This document shows positions 19,052 through 29,141 of a stretch of 64,000 nucleotides of DNA, one piece after another. Position 1 is the stretch's first letter. Every line of letters starts with the position of its first letter. Where the stretch lies: positions 273-64,272 of the forward strand of contig CAZAFN010000005.1 of the NCBI GenBank assembly GCA_964484795.1. The letters are read 5' to 3'. The position numbers and the translations under genes were made by a program. Under the pieces are notes generated by a model. The model was not told where the DNA came from and made no database searches. It was given only the letters and a program-made list of their open reading frames with translations. The stretch is from an uncultured Alphaproteobacteria bacterium (lineage in GTDB: Bacteria; Pseudomonadota; Alphaproteobacteria; Methylaequorales; Methylaequoraceae).

Positions 19052-20491
19052 ATGAAAAATACAATTAATTATTTTTTAGCTATATTTTCCTCATTTTTCC
19101 TGCTTTTGGGGTGTCAGTACAATCCTGCAACAGGTGAAAAAGAAGTAAACTTGATGTCTGAAAATGAAGAAACCTCAATTGGAAGAAGTGAACACCCAAA
19201 AATCGTTAAGGAATTTGGCGGAATTTATGAGGATAAGAAACTTCAAAACTACATTGAAAGTCTGGGAAATTTTCTTGTAAATACATCTGAAATGCCGGAC
19301 AGAAAGTTTACTTTTACCATTCTAAATACGCCAATTATCAATGCTTTTGCACTTCCTGGTGGGTATATCTACATAACCAGAGGTTTAATCTATTTATGCC
19401 AAAATGAAGCACAGCTTGCTGGGGTTATAGCTCACGAAATTGGCCACATTACAGCCAAACACACGGCTAGAAGATATACTCAGAGCATTGGGACCAACAT
19501 ACTAGTCAATGTTCTTGGAACTTTAGCCAACAATAATCTCATAACTAATTTAATAGGACAATCCGCTTCATTATACCTTTTATCTTATTCCAGAGGCCAG
19601 GAGTATGAGGCAGATGAGTTGGCCACAAGATATATGATTAGAGCTGGTTTTGACCCTAGAGAAATGGCAAATTTCCTAAAGATAATGGAAAAATTCTCAA
19701 ATCTTCAAAAAAAAATAATGAAAAAAGAAGGTGTCACAAATTCAGAATTACTCCAAACTCATCCAACGTCATCAAAACGAGTGCTTGAAATAGTTAACAA
19801 ACATAGTAATAAAATTCCTATCAACCCAATCATTGGAAGAGATATTTTTTTAAAAAAAATTGATGGTATTTTATTTGGTGAAAAAGTGAATGAAGGATTT
19901 TTCATTAAAAATTCATTTTTTCATAAATCTCTAGAAATTGTATTTGAATTTGATAAAGATTTTTTCTTCCTTAACTACCCTAAAAAACTGATAGGTTTAA
20001 GCAGAAAAGATACTAGAATTATCTTTGATGTTGACGATAGTGACATAGAAAATGATATTTCATATCTGGAAACTTGGTCAAAACAACCCAAAAAACAAAT
20101 AAAAAATTTCCAATCCTTCAATTCAAATGGTTTGGTCGTTTCAATGGGCTTAATTGAGAATGCTAAGAAAAAATTTCTATTTACCGCCATAAAAGACAAA
20201 GAATTTATTTTTAGGTTTGTACTTATAACAAACGAAAGTGAATTTGGTAATTACCATCAAAAATTTTTAAATATTATTTCATCATTTAAAAAAATCAATC
20301 CAATTGATCTGGAACACATTAATCCGCCAAAAATAAGGATATTAACCTTTTCTAACGAAGGTCCTTCCTTAAATCAGATTATCCAAAATTTGAATGTTCA
20401 AAGTCAATTCTCCGATGAACTTTTCTTCATTTTAAATGGCAAATCAGCAGATAAAATCTCTTTTGGTGAGAAGATTAAAAGCATTTATTGA
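19052..20491 (+). CDS. M48-family zinc metalloprotease lipoprotein (BepA/YfgC-like)
   Basis: Lipobox LLLGCQ, HExxH in AGVIAHEIGHITAKH, and a downstream GQEYEADELATRYM block typical of M48. Confidence 0.75.
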   Translation: MKNTINYFLAIFSSFFLLLGCQYNPATGEKEVNLMSENEETSIGRSEHPKIVKEFGGIYEDKKLQNYIESLGNFLVNTSEMPDRKFTFTILNTPIINAFALPGGYIYITRGLIYLCQNEAQLAGVIAHEIGHITAKHTARRYTQSIGTNILVNVLGTLANNNLITNLIGQSASLYLLSYSRGQEYEADELATRYMIRAGFDPREMANFLKIMEKFSNLQKKIMKKEGVTNSELLQTHPTSSKRVLEIVNKHSNKIPINPIIGRDIFLKKIDGILFGEKVNEGFFIKNSFFHKSLEIVFEFDKDFFFLNYPKKLIGLSRKDTRIIFDVDDSDIENDISYLETWSKQPKKQIKNFQSFNSNGLVVSMGLIENAKKKFLFTAIKDKEFIFRFVLITNESEFGNYHQKFLNIISSFKKINPIDLEHINPPKIRILTFSNEGPSLNQIIQNLNVQSQFSDELFFILNGKSADKISFGEKIKSIY

Positions 20492-20988
20492 TTTAATAAA
20501 TCTTCTAACTTTGTCTTTGCAGTCCTTTTTTCAAGATTTTGAACTGCTGCATACTCATTACTCAGTCTATTAAGAGCTGTCAAATAAATTTGTCTCTCTG
20601 AATATGATTGCTGTTCCATTGAATCTTCTTTCTTGTGAAGATCTCTAACTACTTCTGCAATTAAAACTGGGTCACCACTATTAATACTTTTTTCATATTC
20701 TTTAGCTCTTTTTATCCACATATCTTTTTTTATGGCAGGCTGTTCACTCAAAACATCAAGTGCTTTTGACAATCTGTTTTTATTACTTAATTTTCTCAAT
20801 CCTGAATTCGAGGCTTTATCAACAGGAATTCTAAGTTTCATTTTATCCTGCTTGAAATTAATCAAAATAAAATTGCTGTCTATACCGTCAATGTTGTGTT
20901 TCTCAAACTTCTCAATTTCTCCAACACCATAGATAGGATAAACAACCAAATCTCCAATCTCTATATTTAGATCTTTACTTTTTTTCAA
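20485..20988 (-). CDS. cdnL: CarD/CdnL-family RNA polymerase-binding transcription factor
   Basis: Tudor-like N-terminal domain GDLVVYPIYGVGEIEKFEKHNIDGIDSNFILINFKQDKMKLRIPVD; about 165 aa, as for alphaproteobacterial CdnL. Confidence 0.75.
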   Translation of the reverse strand: MKKSKDLNIEIGDLVVYPIYGVGEIEKFEKHNIDGIDSNFILINFKQDKMKLRIPVDKASNSGLRKLSNKNRLSKALDVLSEQPAIKKDMWIKRAKEYEKSINSGDPVLIAEVVRDLHKKEDSMEQQSYSERQIYLTALNRLSNEYAAVQNLEKRTAKTKLEDLLNQ

Positions 20989-21059
20989 AATTTACTCCTA
21001 ATCTGAAATACCAAAGTCGCAAAGTGTATCACAAAAACATCAATTTTTAAAGAATAAAC

Positions 21060-21434
21060 TTAAGTACCTTTTCCTGGTTTTGGACTAAAATGCTCCTCAA
21101 ACTTTTTTTTCTTGTCTTTCCACTCATCACTATCATCAGGCCGAGTGCCAACCTTATTAATGTTTGGCCACAACTCAGCATACTTTCTGTTAACATCAAT
21201 CCATTTTTTGCTTGATTCATCTGAATCATCACTTATGGCTTCTACAGGACATTCTGGTTCGCAAACACCACAATCAATACATTCGTCTGGATGAATAACA
21301 AGCATATTTTCACCTTCATAGAAGCAATCAACAGGACACACCTCCACACAATCCATATATTTACATCGGACGCACGCATCCTTAACTACATATGTCATAT
21401 TTTGCTGTATAGAACAGAAAATAAAATTGTTCAA
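21060..21434 (-). CDS. fdxA: 7Fe ferredoxin ([3Fe-4S][4Fe-4S])
   Basis: [51 protein letters not shown] is a classic FdxA. Confidence 0.9.
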   Translation of the reverse strand: MNNFIFCSIQQNMTYVVKDACVRCKYMDCVEVCPVDCFYEGENMLVIHPDECIDCGVCEPECPVEAISDDSDESSKKWIDVNRKYAELWPNINKVGTRPDDSDEWKDKKKKFEEHFSPKPGKGT

Positions 21435-21449
21435 GAATTTTCGCTAATT

Positions 21450-23798
21450 CTAATAGTCAGTCACTAACTTTACTTTCGTATGATTGTTCAAAATCATCTT
21501 TTCAAACTCATTCTTTACTTTGTAGGTAAGGTTTTCATTTTTCTTGAAATAATAAATCTTTCTTATAAATTTTTCATAATATTCATAATGGACCAAAAAC
21601 TTTTCTTTGTATTTGATTTCAAATAGATAAAAACCCATTTTTTCAAAAATTTTTAGTTTAGACTTTGAAATTTTTTTCTTTTTCAATTTAAATACCTCTC
21701 GAGATAAGAAAGATTTAAATTCATTTGCAAAAAAAATATTAATCAGCATTTGTTTGAAAAAACATAATCCTTTCTTTTCAAAATAAAAGAACAGGTTACC
21801 TATCTTAAAACCTAATTTCTTCAAGTGACTTATCTCCGATCTATTCAATTTCTTATAATGCTCAAACATATCATTTCTCATACAATGTCCCAAATTTTCA
21901 TATAGAGAAAATTTAATAGCACGAAAAGATTGTGAAGTTTTTTTAATTTCTTTTTCATCACTGATAAAGGACAACTCCTTCTTAGAAAGATATGAAAAAA
22001 AAACATCTATTTTTTTTCTTATTTTTTCTTCATACTTCATAAAATAATGGTCAGCAAAAATCTTTACCCTAGGGTTTGTTAAATTTTCACTTTTACCAAA
22101 CTTTCCTACCAATTTTCCATCCCAAAAAACCCCCCCATCAACCTCAAAATGAAATCTGTCAAGATCACTCATTAAAAAAACCTCAATTTCCTTTTTACAA
22201 ATTTCATTTAGATTATGTTTAAGCAATCTATTGTTAAATTTGTTGTGACTTTTTTGAAATAAAGAAAAAATTTTAAACCTAAGACCATCCACCTCTCCTA
22301 TTGTTTCACTTCCAAATTTTATAGAATTGTCATTTGATTTCACTACCAACTGATTTTTAGAATGATTTCGATCATTGATTAGTTCTAAATTTTTAAATTC
22401 ACCAATAAATTGAGAAATTAACTCCTTATGAAGTTTGGCTGAAAGTTCGTATTCAATCTTTCTAACTTGATGCTGATATAAATGATTTTTTTCTAACCAA
22501 TTAATCTTAAATGATATGAATGACCAAGTCCTTATTTGTGAAATTTTATAATTTAATTCACTTATTTTATTTGAATCTTTATTAATTTTTTTCAATTCAT
22601 TGTCAATCCAATGATTTGGAATTTTATTTTTTTTCTCAATCAAGAAAAGAAATATCTTTTTCAAAAAACTTGAATGAAATTCATCAAGTTTTCCAGAGTA
22701 ATCTGGAATTCCACAGATTTCCCAAAGTTTTCTTATTCTTTTTTCAGAATGCACTTTCAGATTTTTATCATTCAACAAAATTTTTAAATAATTATGATCT
22801 TTTGCATTTTTTTTAAGAAAGAAAAAATTTTTTCTAGGTCTAATCGCTAGACTCTTCAAAAGAGCCGTTGAAGTGCTAAAATCTAAATTTGAGTTTCTCC
22901 AAAAGATTTTTTTAATCTCTGAAAATTTGCAATTCTCAATATATTTTACTAAATCCTCATTAAAATTCTTTAAATTACCAGTAGTACCAAAAAATCCATT
23001 ATTTAGGAATCTTCCAGCTCTACCAGCTATTTGCGAAATTTCATCATAGGTTAAAATTCTCTCCCTAATTCCATCAAATTTAGCTAAATTTGAGAAAAAA
23101 ATATTCTTAATATTTAGATTTAGCCCTAGACCGATTGCATCCGTTGCAACCATATGATCTACTTTTCCATCTTCAAATAATTTTACTTGTGCATTTCTCA
23201 CATCAGGTGATAGCGCCCCCATAATTATAGAAACTCCACCGTGAGCTTGTTTTATCTTGTTTGCAATCTCATAAACATCTATCTGTGAGAACGCTATCAC
23301 TGCGGATCTTTTAGGTAATCTAGCAAGATTCTTATATCCACAGTAGGATAGTTTTGATAATCTTGGCTTTTTTAAAACTTTGATTTCAGGATGAATTTTT
23401 TTCAAAATTTTTTCTATGCCATTTGATCCTAAGAAAACTGTTTCAAACCTTCCAAACTTTCCAATGATTTTGTCTGTAAAAAGGTGTCCTCTTTCATAAT
23501 CTGAAGCAAGTTGAACCTCATCTATTGCTACAAAATCAAAAACAATATCATCTGGCATTGACTCAACCGTACAAAAAAAATATTTTGCATTCCCTGGAAT
23601 TTTCTTTTCTTCACCTGTAATTAATGCAACCTTCTCTTCACCCACCTTTTTTTTTGCAAATTCATAATTTTCTCTTGCTAATAATCTCAAGGGGAAACCA
23701 ATCACACCATTTCTATGTGAAAAAAGCCTCTCCATTGCAGAAAAAGTCTTACCAGTATTCGTGGGACCTAGAATTGCTAAAATTTTGTTTTTTAACAT
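21450..23798 (-). CDS. Suv3-like ATP-dependent helicase (superfamily 2) with a Lys-rich C-terminal tail
   Basis: Walker A ILGPTNTGKTFSAMERL, a DEVQ box (VAIDEVQLASD) and a SAT-like motif. 782 aa. Confidence 0.65.
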   Translation of the reverse strand: MLKNKILAILGPTNTGKTFSAMERLFSHRNGVIGFPLRLLARENYEFAKKKVGEEKVALITGEEKKIPGNAKYFFCTVESMPDDIVFDFVAIDEVQLASDYERGHLFTDKIIGKFGRFETVFLGSNGIEKILKKIHPEIKVLKKPRLSKLSYCGYKNLARLPKRSAVIAFSQIDVYEIANKIKQAHGGVSIIMGALSPDVRNAQVKLFEDGKVDHMVATDAIGLGLNLNIKNIFFSNLAKFDGIRERILTYDEISQIAGRAGRFLNNGFFGTTGNLKNFNEDLVKYIENCKFSEIKKIFWRNSNLDFSTSTALLKSLAIRPRKNFFFLKKNAKDHNYLKILLNDKNLKVHSEKRIRKLWEICGIPDYSGKLDEFHSSFLKKIFLFLIEKKNKIPNHWIDNELKKINKDSNKISELNYKISQIRTWSFISFKINWLEKNHLYQHQVRKIEYELSAKLHKELISQFIGEFKNLELINDRNHSKNQLVVKSNDNSIKFGSETIGEVDGLRFKIFSLFQKSHNKFNNRLLKHNLNEICKKEIEVFLMSDLDRFHFEVDGGVFWDGKLVGKFGKSENLTNPRVKIFADHYFMKYEEKIRKKIDVFFSYLSKKELSFISDEKEIKKTSQSFRAIKFSLYENLGHCMRNDMFEHYKKLNRSEISHLKKLGFKIGNLFFYFEKKGLCFFKQMLINIFFANEFKSFLSREVFKLKKKKISKSKLKIFEKMGFYLFEIKYKEKFLVHYEYYEKFIRKIYYFKKNENLTYKVKNEFEKMILNNHTKVKLVTDY

Positions 23799-23822
23799 TA
23801 TCGTAAATATTTTGGTTATTAA

Positions 23823-26450
23823 TTAAGAATTTACCTTATCTAAAACAAAAGGAAGAATGCCATCTTTTTTGAAATATTTGAGTTCTTTAAAAGTATCAAT
23901 CCTTGATTCCACTCTAACTTCAGTGGTTGAACCATCCTCAAATTTTATTTTTATTTTCATTTTGATATTTGGTTTACTCATAAATATCTCTAAATTACCA
24001 ATATCAAACAACTCATTCCCCTTCAAATTCAGCTCTTTCACTCTGGCGTTTGAGAACTGCAAAGGAAGAACTCCCATTCCAACTAAATTTGATCGATGAA
24101 TTCGTTCAAAGCTTTCTGCAATCACAACTCTAATTCCCAACAATTTTGTTCCTTTAGCTGCCCAGTCTCTTGATGAACCAGTACCATATTCTTTTCCTGC
24201 AACAACTATCAAAGGTATATCTTTGCTTTCATACATTTTAGCAATCTTATGAATTTCTCCGATATTCCCGGTCGGATAATGTTTAGTATAACCTCCAAAA
24301 TCATCAACCATATGGTTCTTAATTCTAATATTAGCAAAAGTCCCTCTGACCATTATTTCGTGGTTACCCCTCCTGGCACCGTATGAATTAAAGTCGTCTA
24401 CATTTACTTGTCTTTCCATTAAATATTTTCCAGCTTGGCTGTTTTCCTTAATGGCCCCAGCAGGTGATATATGATCTGTTGTAATAGAATCACCAAGAAT
24501 GAGGAGTGGTCTAGCATTAATTATTTTTTCAGATTTTTTTTCATGATTGTCTAAAAATGGTGGTTTTTTTATATACGTAGATGACAATGACCACTCATAC
24601 GTAGATGAATTCTTAACTCTCAAGTTTCTCCAATTTTCATCCCCTTTAAAAATTCCTTTATAGTTTTTTTCATATAAATCCTTTGTCAAAACCTTTTCCA
24701 TAATCTCATTGACCTCTTCATTAGAAGGCCAAAGATCTTCAAAAAATATTTCTTTTCCCCCAACTTGAGCAATTTTTTCATTTTTTATATTTATGTTTAC
24801 CCTACCGGCAATCGCAAACATCACTACAAGTGGCGGGGAGGTTAAAAAATTTGATTTTACGAGCGGATGAATCCTTCCCTCAAAATTCCTATTGCCTGAT
24901 ATCACACTACACACATTGAGATCTTTATCTTCAATCAAATCACTTACTTTTTGATCTAAAGGGCCTGAGTTTCCAATGCAGGTGGTGCATCCATAACCAA
25001 CAATATTAAAACCTACTCCATTCAAGGGCTCAATAAGGTTTGCTCGATCTAAGTATTTCTCAACTACTTTGCTTCCTGGTGCAAATGATGTTTTTACCCA
25101 CCAGGGCACTTTTATTCCAAAATCCAAGGCCTTTTTTGCTATTAGACCAGCCATTAGCAACACTGATGGATTAGAGGTGTTTGTACAACTGGTTATTGCA
25201 GCTATGCATACCTTACCATGGTTTAGTTGGTCTTCTTTATTAAATTTTTGGAGTTCTTTTTTTTCATTATCATTGAGCGATTCAAAATATTTATTTGTAA
25301 TTTTACCTAATTTTATTCTATCTTGAGGTCGCTTTGGTCCAGACAAACTTGATTCAATCGAACCTAATTTTATTTCAACAATTTCTGTATAATTAATATT
25401 TTCATAGTTTTCTTCATGCCAAAGGTTTTGTTTTTTAGCATAAATTTCAACAATTTCTATTTTACTTTTTTTTCTTCCAGTTATTTCTAAATACTTAAGC
25501 GTTTCGTTATCAATCGGAAACAGTCCACATGTAGCCCCATATTCTGGAGCCATATTCGAAATGGTAGATCTTTCAGAGAGAGTTAAAGACTTGATTCCTG
25601 GTCCAAAAAATTCAACAAATTTGCCAACAACATTTAATTTTCTTAATGTTTCTGTAATTGTCAAAACAACGTCCGTTGCAGTGACGCCAGGTTTTAAAAC
25701 ACCAGAGATTCTTACACCAACAATCTCAGGAATTTGCATTGAAATGGGCTGGCCTAGCATTACTGCCTCAGCCTCTATTCCTCCAACTCCCCAACCAAGA
25801 ACAGAAAGAGCATTTACCATCGTAGTATGGCTATCTGTTCCAACTACTGAATCTAAAAATAAAATATCTTTTGTTTGAGATACTATGTCAGCTAGATATT
25901 CAATATTTATTTGATGACAGATTCCAGAACCGGGAGGAAACAACGTAAAATTTTCTAGAGATTTCTGTGCCCACTTAAGCAACATATATCTCTCTTTATT
26001 TCTTGAATATTCTTTTTTAACATTTATTTCTAGCGAACTTTGTTTTGAATAACTATCAACAGATACTGAATGATCAATAACCAAGCTAACTGGAACCTTT
26101 GGGTTTATAATTTTAGGATCCCTACCTTTTTCCTTTATTTTATCTCTCATTGCCGCTAGGTCAGCAATGGCTGGCACTCCAGTATAATCTTGCATCAAAA
26201 CTCTGCTTGGTGAAAAGAAAATTTCCTTACCATAATCAAAATTTATTAGATTTTTAAGGTCCTTCTTGGTAACGTTTTTTCCATCAATTTTCCTGATTAA
26301 ATTTTCAAGCAATATTCTGTAACAGAACGGTAATTTTTTAATGTCAAAATTCAATATTTTTTCAGCTTTATTTAAACTTACATATTGAAATTTCCTATCA
26401 AGAATATTTAAATTTTCCAAAAAATTTGAAGTTGTTGAATGCATTTTCAT
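23823..26450 (-). CDS. acnA: Aconitate hydratase A
   Basis: 875 aa. It has aconitase family blocks and the Fe-S ligating Cys regions (CTNTSNP, GCTTCIGNSGP, NRNFEGR). Confidence 0.95.
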   Translation of the reverse strand: MKMHSTTSNFLENLNILDRKFQYVSLNKAEKILNFDIKKLPFCYRILLENLIRKIDGKNVTKKDLKNLINFDYGKEIFFSPSRVLMQDYTGVPAIADLAAMRDKIKEKGRDPKIINPKVPVSLVIDHSVSVDSYSKQSSLEINVKKEYSRNKERYMLLKWAQKSLENFTLFPPGSGICHQINIEYLADIVSQTKDILFLDSVVGTDSHTTMVNALSVLGWGVGGIEAEAVMLGQPISMQIPEIVGVRISGVLKPGVTATDVVLTITETLRKLNVVGKFVEFFGPGIKSLTLSERSTISNMAPEYGATCGLFPIDNETLKYLEITGRKKSKIEIVEIYAKKQNLWHEENYENINYTEIVEIKLGSIESSLSGPKRPQDRIKLGKITNKYFESLNDNEKKELQKFNKEDQLNHGKVCIAAITSCTNTSNPSVLLMAGLIAKKALDFGIKVPWWVKTSFAPGSKVVEKYLDRANLIEPLNGVGFNIVGYGCTTCIGNSGPLDQKVSDLIEDKDLNVCSVISGNRNFEGRIHPLVKSNFLTSPPLVVMFAIAGRVNINIKNEKIAQVGGKEIFFEDLWPSNEEVNEIMEKVLTKDLYEKNYKGIFKGDENWRNLRVKNSSTYEWSLSSTYIKKPPFLDNHEKKSEKIINARPLLILGDSITTDHISPAGAIKENSQAGKYLMERQVNVDDFNSYGARRGNHEIMVRGTFANIRIKNHMVDDFGGYTKHYPTGNIGEIHKIAKMYESKDIPLIVVAGKEYGTGSSRDWAAKGTKLLGIRVVIAESFERIHRSNLVGMGVLPLQFSNARVKELNLKGNELFDIGNLEIFMSKPNIKMKIKIKFEDGSTTEVRVESRIDTFKELKYFKKDGILPFVLDKVNS

Positions 26451-26486
26451 AACAAATGTTTATTATAATAAAAAAAGTCACCTTTC

Positions 26487-27149
26487 ATGATTCTAGAAAT
26501 AAAATCAATATATCTAACAAGAAACCGAAGGTTGATCTTCGATAACTTTAATTTAAAATTAAAAAAATCTCAAATAATGATTTTACTTGGAAAAAATGGC
26601 TCAGGAAAAACTAGTTTACTTGATTTGATAGTAGGGTTGATAAAACCTCAAAAAGGTCGAATAAAAATTAACGGCATTGCTCTTGAAGAATTAGGAGAAT
26701 TAAAGAAAGATCTTTTCACCTACTTACCTCATAAAGACTCTTTAAAAGAAAATCTTACGATTAAAGAGAATTTGTACATCTGGTTGGATTTATCAAACTT
26801 AAAATACGTGAATCTTCATAAAAATCTTAATTTTTTTGATCTTTTAGATCTTAAAAATGAACAAATTAGAAATCTTTCACAAGGTCAGAGAAAAAAAGTA
26901 TCTTTAACTAAATTGTTATTTGCCAAAACAAAATTATGGTTACTTGATGAACCTTTAAATGGGTTGGATATAGAAACAATTCAAAAATTAAAAAAATTAA
27001 TTAATCTTCATACAAAAAATGGAGGTTCAACTTTGATGTCCAGTCATATCAATTTAGGAATGAAAAAGTGTACAAAAATTATTCTGGACAAAAAAAACAA
27101 ATTAAAAGAAACCAGAAATGGAATATTTAATGACTGGGGAATACTTTAA
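26487..27149 (+). CDS. ccmA: Heme exporter ATP-binding protein CcmA
   Basis: Walker A LGKNGSGKTSLL, ABC signature LSQGQRKK, Walker B LLDEP. First gene of the ccm operon. Confidence 0.9.
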   Translation: MILEIKSIYLTRNRRLIFDNFNLKLKKSQIMILLGKNGSGKTSLLDLIVGLIKPQKGRIKINGIALEELGELKKDLFTYLPHKDSLKENLTIKENLYIWLDLSNLKYVNLHKNLNFFDLLDLKNEQIRNLSQGQRKKVSLTKLLFAKTKLWLLDEPLNGLDIETIQKLKKLINLHTKNGGSTLMSSHINLGMKKCTKIILDKKNKLKETRNGIFNDWGIL

Positions 27150-27818
27150 ATGTGCTTTGAATTTTACAAATTGTTAAGAAGAGAGATGCGCATAAGTTTA
27201 TCAAGTTTTATTGGCCTGCTAACTTATTCAACCTTTTTTTTTCTTGCAATACTAATCTTTGTTTTTTCTGTAGGATCAAACCTTGAGAGATTAAATGATT
27301 TTTATCTTCCCATTATTTGGGTAGTTTCATTATTTTCCCTAATATTAATATCGGAAAGTTTCGTTTTACATGATCATCTAGATGGGGGTTTAAAAGAACT
27401 CCAATTTTTAGGATTTAGTGAGGAATTAATTTTAATGAGTAAAGCATTAACAATGTGGATTATATTGATGATTCCCAATCTAATTTTTTTGCCTATTTGT
27501 TCAATATTATTCTCGATTAATTTAGAAAATTTAATCAAACTAATTCTAAATATTCTAATTGCCAGTCCCACGCTAATATTGATATCACTACTGTCAGCTT
27601 TTTTCTCAATTCAAGTAAAAAGAAACAAATTACTTCAGTTTGTCATTGCCATGCCTTTTTACATACCAGTTATAATATTTGCCACATCGACAAACAAAAT
27701 TAGCATAATGGGTGGTATGCAAAATAATAATTTTTTTATTTTAACTGGGATATTTTTTATTACATTACCATTGAGTTTATTAGTAGGTAAATTGATAATT
27801 AAGGAAACCAATAATTAA
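27150..27818 (+). CDS. ccmB: Heme exporter permease CcmB
   Basis: 222 aa, 6-TM, immediately after ccmA. Confidence 0.85.
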   Translation: MCFEFYKLLRREMRISLSSFIGLLTYSTFFFLAILIFVFSVGSNLERLNDFYLPIIWVVSLFSLILISESFVLHDHLDGGLKELQFLGFSEELILMSKALTMWIILMIPNLIFLPICSILFSINLENLIKLILNILIASPTLILISLLSAFFSIQVKRNKLLQFVIAMPFYIPVIIFATSTNKISIMGGMQNNNFFILTGIFFITLPLSLLVGKLIIKETNN

Positions 27819-27819
27819 A

Positions 27820-28533
27820 ATGTTTTCACTTGCCAATCCATATAAATTCCAAAAAAAATCAGAAATGATCCTCCCTTTATGCATAACCTTTATGTTTGTT
27901 CTTTTTTTTTTAGGATTATTTTTTTGTTTTTTTAGAAGTCCACCAGATTATCTTCAAGGTGAAACAGTTCGGATTATGTATATTCATGTTCCCTGCGCTT
28001 GGTTATCTCTTATGATATATGGTTTAATGGCCGTTTGTAGTTTCGTTTCCATAATTTTTAGACATACTCTCGCAGATATAATATCTAGATCTTGCGCGCC
28101 TGTGGGCGCATGTTTCACACTTTCAGCTCTAATAACTGGATCCATTTGGGGTAAACCAACCTGGGGTACTTGGTGGGTATGGGATGCAAGGTTAACTTCA
28201 GAATTAGTACTATTTTTCATTTACATAGGTCATATTTTAATTTCCAATGCTTTCGATGACAGAAGAAAAGGGGATAGAAATGCATCTATATTAACACTAA
28301 TAGGCATTGTAAATTTGCCAATAATTAAATGGTCCGTTGACTGGTGGAATACACTACACCAACCTGCTAGCATTTCAAAGTTTAGCTCTCCATCTATTGA
28401 TTCTTCTATGTTAATACCACTTCTCATAATGACAGTTTCATTTTTTTTGTTCTTCATTTCAGTAGTATTGCTAAGAATCAGAAGTGAAATTATTATAAGA
28501 AAAATAGAGGTTTTTAAATTTAACAAAAGCTAG
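27820..28533 (+). CDS. ccmC: Heme exporter protein CcmC
   Basis: WGTWWVWDARL tryptophan-rich (WWD) motif; polytopic. Confidence 0.9.
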   Translation: MFSLANPYKFQKKSEMILPLCITFMFVLFFLGLFFCFFRSPPDYLQGETVRIMYIHVPCAWLSLMIYGLMAVCSFVSIIFRHTLADIISRSCAPVGACFTLSALITGSIWGKPTWGTWWVWDARLTSELVLFFIYIGHILISNAFDDRRKGDRNASILTLIGIVNLPIIKWSVDWWNTLHQPASISKFSSPSIDSSMLIPLLIMTVSFFLFFISVVLLRIRSEIIIRKIEVFKFNKS

Positions 28534-28536
28534 AAA

Positions 28537-28695
28537 ATGGAATATTTCATAAAATTCATAGAGTCAAAAGACCATCTTCCCTTCGTACTTTTTTCATATC
28601 TAATTGTTTTTTTAATTATGGGAATTATCTTTTTATTAAGTTTAAAAAAACTAAAAAAATTTGAAAAAATTCTTAATGAATTAGAAAAGAAATGA
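28537..28695 (+). CDS. ccmD: Heme exporter protein CcmD, 52 aa (MEYFIKFIESKDHLPFVLFSYLIVFLIMGIIFLLSLKKLKKFEKILNELEKK)
   Basis: Single TM helix with a basic tail. ATG is at 28537, 3 nt after the ccmC stop, and the TGA overlaps the ccmE ATG (ATGA). Below the ORF-track cutoff. Confidence 0.7.
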   Translation: MEYFIKFIESKDHLPFVLFSYLIVFLIMGIIFLLSLKKLKKFEKILNELEKK

Positions 28696-29141
28696 AACCT
28701 AAATATAAGCGTCTATTAAATTTAATTTCTTTATTAGGAATTTTCTTGTTTGGCTGTTCAATCCTTTTCTATAACTTAAAAGATAATCTTGTTTTCTTTT
28801 ATTCTCCAACGGAAGCAATTGAAAAAAAGATTACAAATAATAAAAAAATTAGAATTGGTGGAATGGTTAAAAATAAAAGTTTAAAAAAAAATGTAACAAT
28901 CGTTAATGATAAAAAGGTTGAGAAAATTAGTTTTATTATTACAGATTTAAATAAGGAAATTTTAGTTTCTTATATAGGCATATTACCAGACCTATTTAGA
29001 GAAGGTCAGGGAATTATTGCTGAAGGTAAACTTCATAGCCAAAAATCTTTTATTGCAGAAAAAGTTTTAGCAAAACATGATGAAAATTATATGCCTCCAG
29101 AAATTAGAGACATTAAAACTTCAAGGGAGATTACTAAATGA
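28692..29141 (+). CDS. ccmE: Cytochrome c-type biogenesis heme chaperone CcmE
   Basis: N-terminal TM, OB-fold blocks FRLGGMV-like (IRIGGMVKNKS), and the heme-binding His in VLAKHDENYMPPE. Confidence 0.9.
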   Translation: MKPKYKRLLNLISLLGIFLFGCSILFYNLKDNLVFFYSPTEAIEKKITNNKKIRIGGMVKNKSLKKNVTIVNDKKVEKISFIITDLNKEILVSYIGILPDLFREGQGIIAEGKLHSQKSFIAEKVLAKHDENYMPPEIRDIKTSREITK